In this document: in pieces, positions 14,001-28,900 of the stretch
How the letters are laid out: each line of letters begins with the position of its first letter
Position numbering within the stretch: position 1 is the stretch's first letter
Assembly: GCA_964016885.1 (NCBI GenBank)
Contig: OZ024740.1
Coordinates: 7,998,001 to 8,062,000 of the forward strand
DNA length: 64,000 nt
Direction of reading: 5' to 3'
DNA from: Eledone cirrhosa
Lineage: Eukaryota
The notes under the pieces: generated by a model
The model's database searches: none
What the model saw: only the letters and a program-made list of their open reading frames with translations
Told to the model about the DNA's origin: nothing
Made by a program: the position numbers and the translations under genes

Positions 14001-17000
14001 CAGTTTTGATTGGTATATCGGTTTCGATTGGTATATCAGTTTCAATTGGTTTGTCAGTTTCGATTGGTATGTCAGTTTCTATTGGTATATCAGTTTCTAT
14101 TGGTATGTCAGTTTCGATAGGTATGTCAGTTTTTATTGGTATATCAGTTTCGATAGATATATCAGTTACTATTGGTATGTCAATTTCGATTGTTATGTCA
14201 GTTTCGATTGGTATGTCAGTTTCTATTGGTATATCAGTTTCTATTGGTATGTCAGTTTCGATAGGTATGTCAGTTTCTATTGGTATATCAGTTTCGGTTG
14301 GTATATCAGTTACTATTGGTATGTCAGTTTCGATTGTTATGTCAGTTTCGATTGGTATGTCAGTGTGGATTGGTATGTCATTTTCGATTGGTATGTCAGT
14401 TTCTATTGGTATATCAGTTACTATTGGTATGACAGTTTCGATTGGTATATCAGTTTCGATTGGTATGTCAGTTTGGATTGGTATGTCAGTTTCGATTGGT
14501 ATGTCAGTTTGGATTGGTATGTCAGTTTCGAATGGTATCTCAGTTTCGATTTGTATGTCAGTTTCGATTGGTATGTCAGTTTCGATTGGTATATCAGTTT
14601 CGATTGGTATACCAGTTTCGATTGGTATATCAGTTTCGATTGGTATATCAGTTTATATTGATATATCAGTTGCTATTAGTATATCAGTTTCGATTAGTAT
14701 GTAACTTTCGATTAGTATGTCAGTTTCGATTGGTATATCAGTTTCGATAGGTATATCAGTTTCGATTGGTATGTCAGTTTCGATTGGCATGTCAGTTTCT
14801 ATTTGTATATCAGTTTCGATTGATATATCAGTTTCGATTAGTATGTCAGTTTCTAATGGTATGTCAGTTTCGATAAGTATATCAGTTTCTATTGGTATGT
14901 CAGTTTCGATTGGTATATCAGTTTCGATTGGTATATCAGTTTCTATTGGTATATCTGTTTTGATTGGTATGTCAGTTTCTATTGGTATATCAGTTTCTAA
15001 TGGTATGTCATATTCGATTGGTATGTCAGTTTCAATTGGTATGTTAGTTACTATTGGTATTTCAGTTTCGATTAGTATATCAGTCTCTATTGGTATGTCA
15101 GTTTCGATTAGTATATCAGTTTCTATTGGTATGTCAGTTTAGATGGTTATGTCAGTTTCGATTCGTATATCAGTTTTGATTGGTAAATCGGTTTCGATTG
15201 GTATATCAGTTTCAATTGGTATGTCAGTTTCTATTGGTATATCAGTTTCTATTGGTATGTCAGTTTCGATAGGTATGTCAGTTTTTATTGGTATATCAGT
15301 TTCGATTGATATATCAGTTACTATTGGTATGTCAATTTCGATTGTTATGTCAGTTTCGATTGGTATGTCAGTTTCTATTGGTATATCAGTTTCTATTGGT
15401 ATGTCAGTTTCGATAGGTATGTCAGTTTCTATTGGTATATCAGTTTCGATTGGTATATCAGTTACTATTGGTATGTCAGTTTCGATTGTTATGTCAGTTT
15501 CGATTGGTATGTCAGTGTGGATTGGTATGTCATTTTCGATTGGTATGTCAGTTTCTATTGGTATATCAGTTTCTATTGGTATGACAGTTTCGATTGGTAT
15601 ATCAGTTTCGATTGGTATGTCAGTTTGGATTGGTATGTCAGTTTCGATTGGTATGTCAGTTTGGATTGGTATGTCAGTTTCGAATGGTATCTCAGTTTCG
15701 ATTTGTATGTCAGTTTCGATTAGTATGTCAGTTTCGATTGGTAAGTCAATTTCAATTGGTATATCAGTTTTGATTAGTATGTAAGTTTCTATTGGTATAT
15801 CAGTTTCGATTGTTATATCAGTTTCGATTGTAATGTCAGTTTCGATTGGTATGTCAGTTTCGATTATTATATCAGTTACCATTGGTATGTCAGTTTCGAT
15901 TGGAATGTCAGTTTCGATTGGTATGTCAGTTTCGATTATTATATCAGTTACTATTGGTATGTCAATTTCTATTGGTATATCAGTTTCGATTGGTATATCT
16001 GTTTTTATTGGTATGTCAGTTTCTATTGGTATGACAGTTTCGATTGGTATATCAGTTTCGATTGGTATGTCAGTTTGGATTGGTATGTCAGTTTCGATTG
16101 GTATGTCAGTTTGGATTGGTATGTCAGTTTGGATTGGTATGTCAGTTTCCATTAGTAAGTCAATTTAGATTGGTATATCAGTTTTGATTAGTATGTCAGT
16201 TTCTATTGGTATATATCAGTTTCGATTGGTATATCAGTTTCGATTGGTATGTCAGTTTCGATTGGTATATCAGTTTCGATTGGTATGTCAGTTTTGATTA
16301 GTATATCACTTTCTATTGGTATGTCAGTTTCGATTGGTACGTCAGATTCTATTGGTATATCAGTTTCGATTGGTATACCAGTTTCGATTGGTATATCAGT
16401 TTCGATTGGTATATCAGTTTATATTGATATATCAGTTGCTATTAGTATATCAGTTTCGATTAGTATGTTTCTTTCGTTTGGTATGTCAGTTTCGATTGGT
16501 ATATCAGTTTCGATAGGTATATCAGTTTCGATTGGTATGTCAGTTTCGATTGGCATGTCAGTTTCTATTTGTATATCAGTTTCGATTAGTATGTCAGTTT
16601 CTAATGGTATGTCAGTTTCGATTAGTATATCAGTTTCTATTTGTATGTCAGTTTCGATTGGTATATCTGTTTCGATTGGTATATCAGTTTCGATTGTTAT
16701 ATCAGTTTCGATTGGTATGTCAGTTTCTATTGGTATATCAGTTTCTATTGGTATGTCATTTTCGATTGGTTCGTCAGTTTCGATTGGTATATCAGTTTCT
16801 ATTGGTATATCTGTTTTGATTGGTATGTCAGTTTCGATAGGTATGTTAGTCCTTGATTTTTATGTCAGTTTCTATTGGTATATCAGTTCCGATGGGTATG
16901 TCAGTTTCGATTGGTATGTCAGTTTCAATTGGCATATCAGTTTCGAATGGTATGTCTGTTTAGATTAGTATATCAGTTTCTATTGGTATATCAGTTTCGA

Positions 17001-19300
17001 TTGGTATGTCAGTTTCGATTGGTATATCAGTTTCTATTGGTATATCAGTTTCAATTGGTATGTCAGTTTCGAATAGTATATCAGTTTCTATTGGTATATC
17101 AGTTTCGATTGGTAGGTCAGATTCTATTGGTATGTCAGTTTCGATTAGTATATCAGTTTCTATTGGTATGTCAGTTTCGATTGGTATATCAGTTTCGATT
17201 GGTATATCAGTTTCTATTGGTATATCTGTTTTGATTGGTATGTCAGTTTCTATTGGTATATCAGTTTCTAATGGTATGTCATATTCGATTGGTATGTCAG
17301 TTTCAATTGGTATGTTAGTTACTATTGGTATTTCAGTTTCGATTAGTATATCAGTCTCTATTGGTATGTCAGTTTCGATTAGTATATCAGTTTCTATTGG
17401 TATGTCAGTTTAGATGGTTATGTCAGTTTCGATTCGTATATCAGTTTTGATTGGTAAATCGGTTTCGATTGGTATATCAGTTTCAATTGGTATGTCAGTT
17501 TCTATTGGTATATCAGTTTCTATTGGTATGTCAGTTTCGATAGGTATGTCAGTTTTTATTGGTATATCAGTTTCGATTGATATATCAGTTACTATTGGTA
17601 TGTCAATTTCGATTGTTATGTCAGTTTCGATTGGTATGTCAGTTTCTATTGGTATATCAGTTTCTATTGGTATGTCAGTTTCGATAGGTATGTCAGTTTC
17701 TATTGGTATATCAGTTTCGATTGGTATATCAGTTACTATTGGTATGTCAGTTTCGATTGTTATGTCAGTTTCGATTGGTATGTCAGTGTGGATTGGTATG
17801 TCATTTTCGATTGGTATGTCAGTTTCTATTGGTATATCAGTTTCTATTGGTATGACAGTTTCGATTGGTATATCAGTTTCGATTGGTATGTCAGTTTGGA
17901 TTGGTATGTCAGTTTCGATTGGTATGTCAGTTTGGATTGGTATGTCAGTTTCGAATGGTATCTCAGTTTCGATTTGTATGTCAGTTTCGATTAGTATGTC
18001 AGTTTCGATTGGTAAGTCAATTTCAATTGGTATATCAGTTTTGATTAGTATGTAAGTTTCTATTGGTATATCAGTTTCGATTGTTATATCAGTTTCGATT
18101 GTAATGTCAGTTTCGATTGGTATGTCAGTTTCGATTATTATATCAGTTACCATTGGTATGTCAGTTTCGATTGGAATGTCAGTTTCGATTGGTATGTCAG
18201 TTTCGATTATTATATCAGTTACTATTGGTATGTCAATTTCTATTGGTATATCAGTTTCGATTGGTATATCTGTTTTTATTGGTATGTCAGTTTCTATTGG
18301 TATGACAGTTTCGATTGGTATATCAGTTTCGATTGGTATGTCAGTTTGGATTGGTATGTCAGTTTCGATTGGTATGTCAGTTTGGATTGGTATGTCAGTT
18401 TGGATTGGTATGTCAGTTTCCATTAGTAAGTCAATTTAGATTGGTATATCAGTTTTGATTAGTATGTCAGTTTCTATTGGTATATATCAGTTTCGATTGG
18501 TATATCAGTTTCGATTGGTATGTCAGTTTCGATTGGTATATCAGTTTCGATTGGTATGTCAGTTTTGATTAGTATATCACTTTCTATTGGTATGTCAGTT
18601 TCGATTGGTACATCAGATTCTATTGGTATATCAGTTTCGATTGGTATACCAGTTTCGATTGGTATATCAGTTTCGATTGGTATATCAGTTTATATTGATA
18701 TATCAGTTGCTATTAGTATATCAGTTTCGATTAGTATGTTTCTTTCGTTTGGTATGTCAGTTTCGATTGGTATATCAGTTTCGATAGGTATATCAGTTTC
18801 GATTGGTATGTCAGTTTCGATTGGCATGTCAGTTTCTATTTGTATATCAGTTTCGATTAGTATGTCAGTTTCTAATGGTATGTCAGTTTCGATTAGTATA
18901 TCAGTTTCTATTTGTATGTCAGTTTCGATTGGTATATCTGTTTCGATTGGTATATCAGTTTCGATTGTTATATCAGTTTCGATTGGTATGTCAGTTTCTA
19001 TTGGTATATCAGTTTCTATTGGTATGTCATTTTCGATTGGTTCGTCAGTTTCGATTGGTATATCAGTTTCTATTGGTATATCTGTTTTGATTGGTATGTC
19101 AGTTTCTATTGGTATATCAGTTTCTATTGGTATGTCATATTCGATTGGTATGTCAGTTTCAATTGGTATGTTAGTTACTATTGTTATTTCAGTTTCGATT
19201 AGTATATCTGTTTCGATTGGTATGTCAGTTTCTATTGGTAGATCAGTTTCGATTGGTATGTTAGTTTCTATTGGTATATCAGTTTTTCGATTAGTATATC
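5008..19300 (+). repeat. Higher-order repeat domain with variable 0.8-2.6-kb units marked by TTTAG-ATGG/ATCG, rich in TTTGG variant monomers
   Basis: The marker occurs at 5012, 6196, 7710, 8971, 9781, 11363, 13973, 15143 and 17414. Most copies are preceded by the same cassette (TCATTTTCG or TCATATTCG, then TTTCA, GTTAGTTACT, GGTATTTCAG). 13973 to 15143 is exactly 65 monomers. Confidence 0.75.
14880..19106 (+). repeat. Recent near-identical duplication, offset 2271 bp (about 14880-16835 vs about 17151-19106)
   Basis: The 337-aa minus ORFs at 15139 and 17410 and the 213-aa plus ORFs at 15143 and 17414 are identical. 2271 = 126x18+3, explained by one 20-bp (GGTATATATCAG) and one 19-bp monomer. 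One substitution was noticed (GTACGTCAG near 16337 vs GTACATCAG near 18608). Confidence 0.92.
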
Positions 19301-19999
19301 AGTTTCTATTGGTATGTCAGTTTCGATAGGTATGTTAGTCCTTGATTTTTATGTCAGTTTCTATTGGTATATCAGTTCCGATGGGTATGTCAGTTTCGAT
19401 TGGTATGTCAGTTTCAATTGGCATATCAGTTTCGAATGGTATGTCTGTTTAGATTAGTATATCAGTTTCTATTGGTATATCAGTTTCGATTGGTATGTCA
19501 GTTTCGATTGGTATATCAGTTTCTATTGGTATATCAGTTTCAATTGGTATGTCAGTTTCGAATAGTATATCAGTTTCTATTGGTATATCAGTTTCGATTG
19601 GTAGGTCAGATTCTATTGGTATGTCAGTTTCGATTAGTATATCAGTTTCTATTGGTATGTCATTTTCGATTGGTATATCAGTTTCGATTGGTATGTCAGT
19701 TTCGAATGGTATGTCAGTTTCGATTGGTATATCAGTTTCTATTGGTATGTCTGTTTCTATCGGTATATCAGTTTTGATTCGTATATCAGTTTCTATTGGT
19801 ATGTCAGTTTCTATTGGTATATATGTTTCGATTGGTATATCATTTTCGATGGTATGTCAGTTTCTATTGGTATATCAGTTTTTATTGGTATGTCAGTTTT
19901 GATTGGTATATTAGTTTCGATTTTTATGTCAGTTTCAGTTGATATGTCAGTTTCGACTGGTATATCTGTTCCGATTGGTATGTCAGTTTCGATTGGTAT

Positions 20000-22900
20000 A
20001 TCAGTTTCGATTGGTATGTCAGTTTCGATTGGTTTGTCAGTTTCGATTGGTATATCAGTTTCGAATGGTATGTCAATCTCGATTGGTATGACAGTTTCAA
20101 TTGGTATATCAGTTTCTATTGGTATGTCTGTTTCTATTGGTATATCAATTTTGATTGGTATATCAGTTTCGATTGGTATATCAGTTTCTATTTGTATTTC
20201 AGTTTCTATATGTATGTCAGTTTCGATTGGTATATCAGTTTCAATTTGTATGTCAGTTTCGATTGGGATGTTAGTCCTCGATTTGTATGTCAGTTTCTAT
20301 TGGTATATCTGTATCGAGTGGTATATCAGTTTCGATTGGTATATCAGTTACTATTGCTACATCAGTTTCTATTGGTATGTAAGTTTTGATTGGTATATCA
20401 GTTTCTATAGGTATGTCAGTTTCTATTGGTATATCAGTTTCGATTGGTATATCAGTTTCGATGGTATGTCAGTATCGATTGGTATGTCAGTTTCTATTGG
20501 TATATCACTTTTGATTGTTATATCGGTTTAGATTAGTATGTCAGTTTCTACTGGTATGTCAGTTTCGATTAGTATATCAGTTTCTATTGGTATGTCAGTT
20601 TCGATTGGTATGTCAGTTTCTATTGGTATATCAGTTTTGATTGGTATATAAGTTTCGATTGGTATGTCAGTTTCTATTGGTATATCAGCTTCAATTAGTA
20701 TATCAGTTTCGATTAGTATGTCAGTTTCTATTGGTATGTCAGTTTCGAATGGTATGTCAGTTTTGATTGGTATATCAGTTTCGATTGGTATGTCAGTTTC
20801 TATTGTTATATCAGTTTCTATAGGTATGACAGTTTCGATTGGTATGTCAGTTTCGATTGGTATATAAGTTTCTACTGGAATGTCAGTTTTGATTAGTATA
20901 TCAGTTTCTATTGGTATGTCTGTTTCTATTGGTATATCAATTTTGATTGGTATATCAGTTTCGATTGGTATGTCCGTTTCGATTGGTATGTCAGTTTCAA
21001 TTGGTATATCAGTTTCGATTTGTATATCATTTTAGATTAGTATGTAAGTTTCGATTGGTATGTCAGTTTCGATTGGTATATCAGTTTCGAATGGTATGTC
21101 AATCTCGATTGGTATGTCAGTTTCGATTGGTATATCAGTTTCTATTGGTATGTCTGTTTCTATTGGTATATCAGTTTTGATTGGTATATCAGTTTCTATT
21201 GGTATGTCAGTTTCTATTGGTATGTCAGTTTCAATTGGTATATCAGTTTCGATTTGTATATCAGTTTAGATTGGTATGTAAGTTTTGATTGGTATATCAG
21301 TTTCGATTGGTATGTCAGTTTCTATTGTTATATCAGTTTCTATAGGTATGACAGTTTCGATTGGTATGTCAGTTTCGATTGGTATATAAGTTTCTACTGG
21401 AATGTCAGTTTTGATTAGTATATCAGTTTCTATTGGTATGTCTGTTTCTATTGGTATACCAATTTTGATTGGTATATTAGTTTCGATTGGTATGTCCGTT
21501 TCGATTGGTAAGTCAGTTTCAATTCGTATATCAGTTTCGATTGGTATATCATTTTAGATTAGTATGTAAGTTTCGATTGGTATGTCAGTTTCGATTGGTA
21601 TATCAGTTTCGAATGGTATGTCAATCTCGATTGGTATGTCAGTTTCGATTGGTATATGAGTTTCTATTGGTATGTCTGTTTCTATTGGTATATCAGTTTC
21701 GATGGTATGTCAGTTTCTATTGGTATATCAGTTTTTATTGGTATGTCAGTTTTGATTGGTATATTAGTTTCGATTTTTATGTCAGTTTCAGTTGATACGT
21801 CAGTTTCGACTGGTATATCTGTTCCGATTGGTATGTCAGTTTCGATTGGTATATTAGTTTCTAGTGGTATGTCAGTTTCAATTAGTATATCAGCTTCTAT
21901 TGTTATGTCAATTTCAAGTAGTATATTAGTTTCTTTTGGTATGTCAGTTCCTATTGCTATATCAGTTTCTACTGGTATATCAGTTTCGATTGGTATATCA
22001 GTTTCGATTAGAATATCAGTTTCTATAGGTATGTCAGTTTCTATTGGTATATCAGTTTCGATTGAAATATCAGTTTCGATTAGTATGTCAGTTTCTACTG
22101 GTATGTCAGTTTCAATTAGTATATCAGTTTCTATTGGTATGTCAGTTTCGATTGGTATGTCAGTTTCTATTGGTATATCAGTTTCGATTGGTATATCAGT
22201 TTCTATTGGTGTATCAGTTTCTATAGGTATCTCAGTTTGGATTGGTATGTCAGTTTGGATTGGTATGTCAGTTTCGATTGGTATATCAGTTTCAATTAGT
22301 ATGTCAGTTTCTATTGGTATATCAGTTCGTATTGGCATGTGAGTTTCGAATGGTATATCAGTTTCGATTGGTATATCAGTTCCTATTGCTATATCAGTTT
22401 CTATTGGTATGTCAGTTTCGACTGGTATGTAAGTTTCGATTGGTATATCAGTTTCGCTTGGTATGTCAGTTTCGATTAGTATATGAGTTTCTATTGGTAT
22501 ATCAGTTTCGATTGGTATGTTAGTTTCGATAGGTATGTTAGTCCTCCATTTGTATTTCAGTTTCGATTAGTATATCAGTTTCTATCGGTATGTCAGTTTC
22601 GACTGGTATGTCAGTTTCGATTAGTATATTATTTTCTATTGGTATGTCTGTTTCTATTGGTATATCAATTTTGATTGGTATATCAGTTTCGATTGGTATG
22701 TCAGTTTCGATTGGTATGTCAGTTTCAATTGGTATATCAGTTTCGATTTGTATATCAGTTCAGATTGGTATGTAAGTTTTGATTGGTATGTCAGTTTCGA
22801 TTGGTATATCAGTTACTATTGGTATGTCAGTTTGGATTGGTATGTCAGTTTCGATTGGTATGTCAGTTTCGATTGGTATATCAGTTTCTATTGGTATGAC

Positions 22901-25900
22901 AGTTTCGATTGGTATATCAGTTTCAATTCGTATGTCAGTTTGGATTGGTATGTCAGTTTGGATCGGTATGACAGTTTGGATTGGTATGTCAGTTTCGATT
23001 GGTATGTCAGTTTCGATTGGTAAGTCAATTTCGATTAGTATATCAGTTTTGATTAGTATATAAGTTTCTATTGGTATATCAGTTTCGATTGGTATATCAG
23101 TTTCGATTGGTATATCAGTTTCGATTGGTATGTCAGTTTCGATTGGTATGTCAGTTTGGATTGGTATGTCTTTTTCGATTGGTATGTCAGTTTCTGATTG
23201 GTATATCAGTTTCTATTGGTATGACAGTTTCGATTGGCATATCAGTTTCGATTGGTATGTCAGTTTCTATTGGTGTATCAGTTTCTATTGGTATATCAGT
23301 TCGTATTGGTATGTGAGTTTCGAATGGTATATCAGTTTCGATTGGTATATCAGTTCCTATTGCTATATCAGTTTCTATTGGTATGTCAGTTTCGATTGGT
23401 ATGTAAGTTTCGATTGGTATATCAGTTTCGATTGGTATGTCAGTTTCGATTAGTATGTCAGTTTCTATTGGTATGTCAGTTTCAATTGGTATGTCAGTTT
23501 TGATTGGTATATCAGTTTCGATTTGTATGTCAGTTTCTATTGGTATATCAGTTTTGATTGGTATATCAGTTTCTATTGGTATATCAGTTTTGATTGGTAT
23601 ATCAGTTTCGATTGATATATCAGTTTCGATTAGTATGTCAGTTTCTATTGGTATGTCAGTTTCGATTGGTATGTCAGTTTCTATTGGTATATCAGTTTCT
23701 ATTGGTATGTCATTTTCGATTGGTATGTCAGTTTCGATTTGAATGTCAATTTCGATTGGTATATCAGTTTTTCGATTAGTATGTCAGTTTGTATTGGTAT
23801 ATCAGTTTCGATTGGTATATCTGTTTCGATTGGTATGTCAGTTTCTATTGGTAAATCAGTTTCGATGGGTATGTTAGTTACTATTGGTATATCAGTTTCG
23901 ATTAGTATATCAGTTTCTATTGGTATGTCAGTTTCGATAGGTATGTTAGACCTAGATTTGTATGTCAGTTTCTATTGGTATATCAGTTTCGATGGGTATG
24001 TCAGTTTCGATTAGTATATCAGTTTCTATAGGTATATCAGTTTCAATTATTATGTCAGTTTATAATGGTATGTCAGTTTGGATTCGTATGTCAGTTTCGA
24101 TTGGTATGTCAGTTTCGATTGGTATATCAGTTTCGATTGGTATGTCAGTTTTGATTGGTATGTCAGTTTCGATTGGTATGTCAATTTGGATTGGTATGTC
24201 AGTTTCAATTGGTATGTCAGTTTGGATTGGAATGTCAGTTTCGATTGGTATGTCAGTATCGATTGGTATGTCAGTTTCGATTGGTATGTCAGTATCGATT
24301 GGTATGTCAGTTTCGATTGGTAAGTCAATTTCGATTGGTATATCAGTTTTGATTAGTATGTCAGTTTCTATTGGTATATCAGTTTCGATTGGTATATCAG
24401 TTTCGATTGTAATGTCAGTTTTGATTGGTATATCAGTTTCGATTGGTATGTCAGTTTCGATTAGTATATCAGTTTCTGTTGGTATGTCAGTTTGGATTGG
24501 TATGTCAGTTTGGATTGGTATGTCAGTTTGGATTGGTATGTCAGTTTCGATTGGTATATCAGTTTCTATAGGTATATCAGTTGCTATTAGTATATCAGTT
24601 TCGATTAGTTTGTCAGTTTCGATTGGTATGTCAGTTTCGATTGGTATATCAGTTTCGATAGGTATTTCAGTTTCGATTGGTATGTCAGTTTTGATTGGTG
24701 TAACAGTTTCTGTTGCATTGTCAGTTTCGATTGGTATATCAGTTTGGATTGGTATGTCAGTTTGGAATGGTATGTCAGTTTCGATTGGTATGTCAGTTTC
24801 GATTGGTAAGTCAATTTCGATTAGTATATCAGTTTTGATTAGTATATCAGTTTCTATTGGTATATCAGTTTCGACTGGTATATCAGTTTCGATTGGTATG
24901 TCAGTTTCGATTGGTATATCAGTTTCGATTGGTATGTCAGTTTCGATTGATATGTCAGTTTCGATTGGTATATCAGTTTCGATTGGTATATCAGTTTATA
25001 TTAGTATATCAGTTTCTATTGGTATATAAGTTTCGATTAGTATGTGAGTTTCGATTGGTATGTCAGTTTCGATTGGTATATCAGTTTCGATTGGTATATC
25101 AGTTTCGATTGGTAGGTCAGTTTTGATTGGTATAACAGTTTCTATTGTTATATCAGTTTCTGTTGGATTGTCAGTTTCGATTGGTATGTCAGTTTCTATT
25201 GGTATGTCAGTTTCGATTATTATATCAGTTACTATTGGTATGTCAGTTTCGATTGGAATGTCAGTTTCGATTCGTATGTCAGTTTCTATTGGTATATCTG
25301 TTTCGATTGGTATGTCAGTTTCGATTAGTATATCAGTTTCTATACGTATGTCAGTTTCTATTGGTATATCAGTTTTGATTGGTATATCAGTTTCTATTGG
25401 TATATCAGTTTTGATTGGTATATCAGTTTCGATTGATATATCAGTTTTGATCAGTATGTCAGTTTCTAATGGTATGTCAGTTTCGATTAGTATATCAGTT
25501 TCTATTGGTATGTCAGTTTCGATTAGTATATCAGTTTCAGTTGGTATGTCAGTTTGGATTGGTATGTCAGTTTCGATTGGTATGTCAGTTTCGATTGGTA
25601 TGTCAGTTTCGATTGGTATATCAGTTTTGATAGCCATATCAGTTTCGATTGGTATATCAGTTTCTATAGGTATATCAGTTGCTATTAGTATATCAGTTTC
25701 GATTAGTTTGTCAGTTTCGATTGGTATGTCAGTTTCGATTGGTATATCAGTTTCGATTGATATGTCAGTTTCTGTTGGTATGTCAGTTTCGATTATTATA
25801 TCAGTTACTATTGGTATGTCAGTTTCGATTGGAATGTCAGTTTCGATATGTATGTCAGTTTCTATTGGTATATCAGTTTCGATTGGTATATCCGTTTTTA

Positions 25901-28900
25901 TTGGTATGTCAGTTTCTATTGGTAGATCAGTTTCAATTGATCTGTTAGTTAGTATTGGTATTTCAGTTTCGATTAGTATATCAGTTTCTATTTGTATGTC
26001 AGTTTCGATAGGTATGTTAGTCCTCCATTTGTATGTCAGTTTCTATTGGTATATCAGATTCGATGCGTATGTCAGTATCGATTGGTATGTCAGTTTCTAT
26101 TGGCATATCAGTTTCGAATTGTATGTCTGTTTCGATTAGTATATCAGTTTCTATAGGTATATCAGTTTCAATTGTTATGTCAGTTTACAATGGTATTTCA
26201 GTTTCTATTTGTATGTCAGTTTCTATTGGTATATCAGTTTCAATTGGTATGTTAGTTTCTATTGGTAAGTCAGCTTCGATTAGTATATCAGTTTCTATCG
26301 GTATCTCAGTTTCGATTGGTATGTCAGTTTCGATTGGTATATCAGTTTCGATTGGTAGGTCAGTTTCTATTGGTATGTTAGTTTCGATTAGTATATCATT
26401 TTCTATTGGTATGTCTGTTTCTATTGGTATATCAATTTTGATTGGTATATCAGTTTCGATTGGTATGTCAGTTTCGATTGGTATGTCAGTTTCAATTGGT
26501 ATATCAGTTTCGATTTGTATATCAGTTTAGATTGGTATGTAAGTTTCGATTGGTATATCAGTTTCGATTGGTATGTCAGTTTCTATTCATATATCAGTTT
26601 CGATTGGTATATCAGTTTCGATTGGTATATCAGTTTGGATTGGGATGTCAGTTTGGAATGGTATATCAGTTTCGATTGGTATATCAGTTTATATTGGTAT
26701 ATCAGTTTCTATTGGTATATAAGTTTCGATTAGTATGTGAGTTTCGATTGGTATGTCAGTTTCGATTGGTATGTCAGTTTCGATTGGTATATCAGTTTCG
26801 ATTGGTATGTCAGTTTCGATTGGTTTGTCAGTTTCGATTGGTATATCAGTTTCGAATGGTATGTCAATCTGGATTGGTATGACAGTTTCGATTGGCATAT
26901 CAGTTTCTATTGGTATGTCTGTTTCTATTGGTATATCAGTTTCGATTGGTATATCAGTTTCTATTTGTATTTCAGTTTCTATATGTATATCAGTTACTAT
27001 TGCTACATCAGTTTCTATTGGTATATCAGTTTCGATTGGTATATCAGTTTCGATGGTATGTCAGTATCGATTGGTATGTCAGTTTCTATTTGTATATCAC
27101 TTTTGATTGTTATATCAGTTTCGATTAGTATGTCAGTTTCTATTGGTATATCAGGTTTCGATTGGTATATCAGTTTCTATTGGTATATCAGTTTTTATTG
27201 GTATGTCAGTTTCGATTAGTATGTCAGTTTCGATTGGTATGTCAGTTTCTATTGGCATATCAGGTTTCGATTGGTATATCAGTTTCCATTGGTATATCAG
27301 TTTTTATTGGTATGTCAGTTTCGATTAGTATGTCAGTTTCGATTGGTATGTTAGTTCTCGATTTGTATGTCAGTTTCTATTGGTATATCAAATTCGATTG
27401 GTATATCAGTTTCTATTGGTATATCAGTTTCGATTGGTAGGTCAGATTCTATTGGTATGTCAGTTTCGATTAGTATATCAGTTTCTATTGGTATGTCAGT
27501 TTCGATTGGTATATCAGTTTCGATTGGTATGTCAGTTTCGATTGGTATATCAGTTTCGAATGGTATGTCAATCTCGATTGGTATGACAGTTTCGATTGGT
27601 ATATCAGTTTCTATTGGTATGTCTGTTTCGATTGGTATATCAGTTTTGATTGGTATATCAGTTTCGATTGGTACATCAGTTTCTATTTGTATTTCAGTTT
27701 CTATATGTATATCAGTTTCGATTGGTATATCAGTTTCAATTTGTATGTCAGTTTTAATTGGTATGTTAGTCCTCGATTTGTATGTCAGTTCCTATTGGTA
27801 TATCTGTATCGATTGGTATATCAGTTTCGATTGGTATATCAGTTCCTATTGCTACATCAGTTTCTATTGGTATGTAAGTTTCGATTGGTATATCAGTTTC
27901 TATAGTTATGTCAGTTTCTATTGGTATATCAGTTTCGATTGGTATATCAGTTTCGATGGTATGTCAGTATCGATTGGTATGTCAGTTTCTATTGGTATAT
28001 CACTTTTGATTGTTATATCAGTTTCGATTAGTATGTCAGTTTCTACTGGTATGTCAGTTTCGATTAGTATATCAGTTTCGATTGGTATGTAAGTTTCGAT
28101 TGGTATGTCAGTTTCTATTTCTATATCAGTTTCGATTGGTATATCAGTTTCTATTGGTATATCAGTTTTTATTGGTATGTCAGTTTCGATTGTTATGTCA
28201 GTTTCGATTGGTATGTCAGTTTCGATTGGTATGTTAGTCCTCGATTTGTATGTCAGTTTCTATTGGTATATCAGTTTCTATTGGTATATCAGTTTTTATT
28301 GGTATGTCAGTTTTGATTTGTATATCAGTTTCGATTGGTATGTCAGTTTCTATTGTTATATCAGTTTCTATAGGTATGATAGTTTCGATTGGTATGTCAG
28401 TTTCGATTGGTATATAAGTTTCTACTGGAATGTCAGTTTTGATTAGTATATCAGTTTCTATTGGTATGTCTGTTTCTATTGGTATACCAATTTTGATTGG
28501 TATATCAGTTTCGATTGGTATGTCCGTTTCGATTGGTAAGTCAGTTTCAATTGGTATATCAGTTTCGATTGGTATATCATTTTAGATTAGTATGTAAGTT
28601 TCGATTGGTATGTCAGTTTCAATTAGTATATCAATTTCGAATGGTATGTCAATCTCGATTGGTATGTCAGTTTCGATTGGTATATCAGTTTCTATTGGTA
28701 TGTCTGTTTCTATTGGTATATCAGTTTTGATTGGTATATCAGTTTCTATTGGTATGTCAGTTTCTATTGGTATATCAGTTTCGATTGGTATATAAGTTTC
28801 GATGGTATGTCAGTTTCTATTGGTATATCAGTTTTTATTGGTATGTCAGTTTTGATTGGTATATTAGTTTCGATTTTTATGTCAGTTTCAGTTGATACGT

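Noticed and set aside
15139-18423. Two identical 337-aa (IETDIP)n minus-strand ORFs as a duplicated gene
   Set aside because: The identity is explained by the 2271-bp satellite duplication. Start and stop are ordinary monomer variants, and there is no unique flanking sequence.
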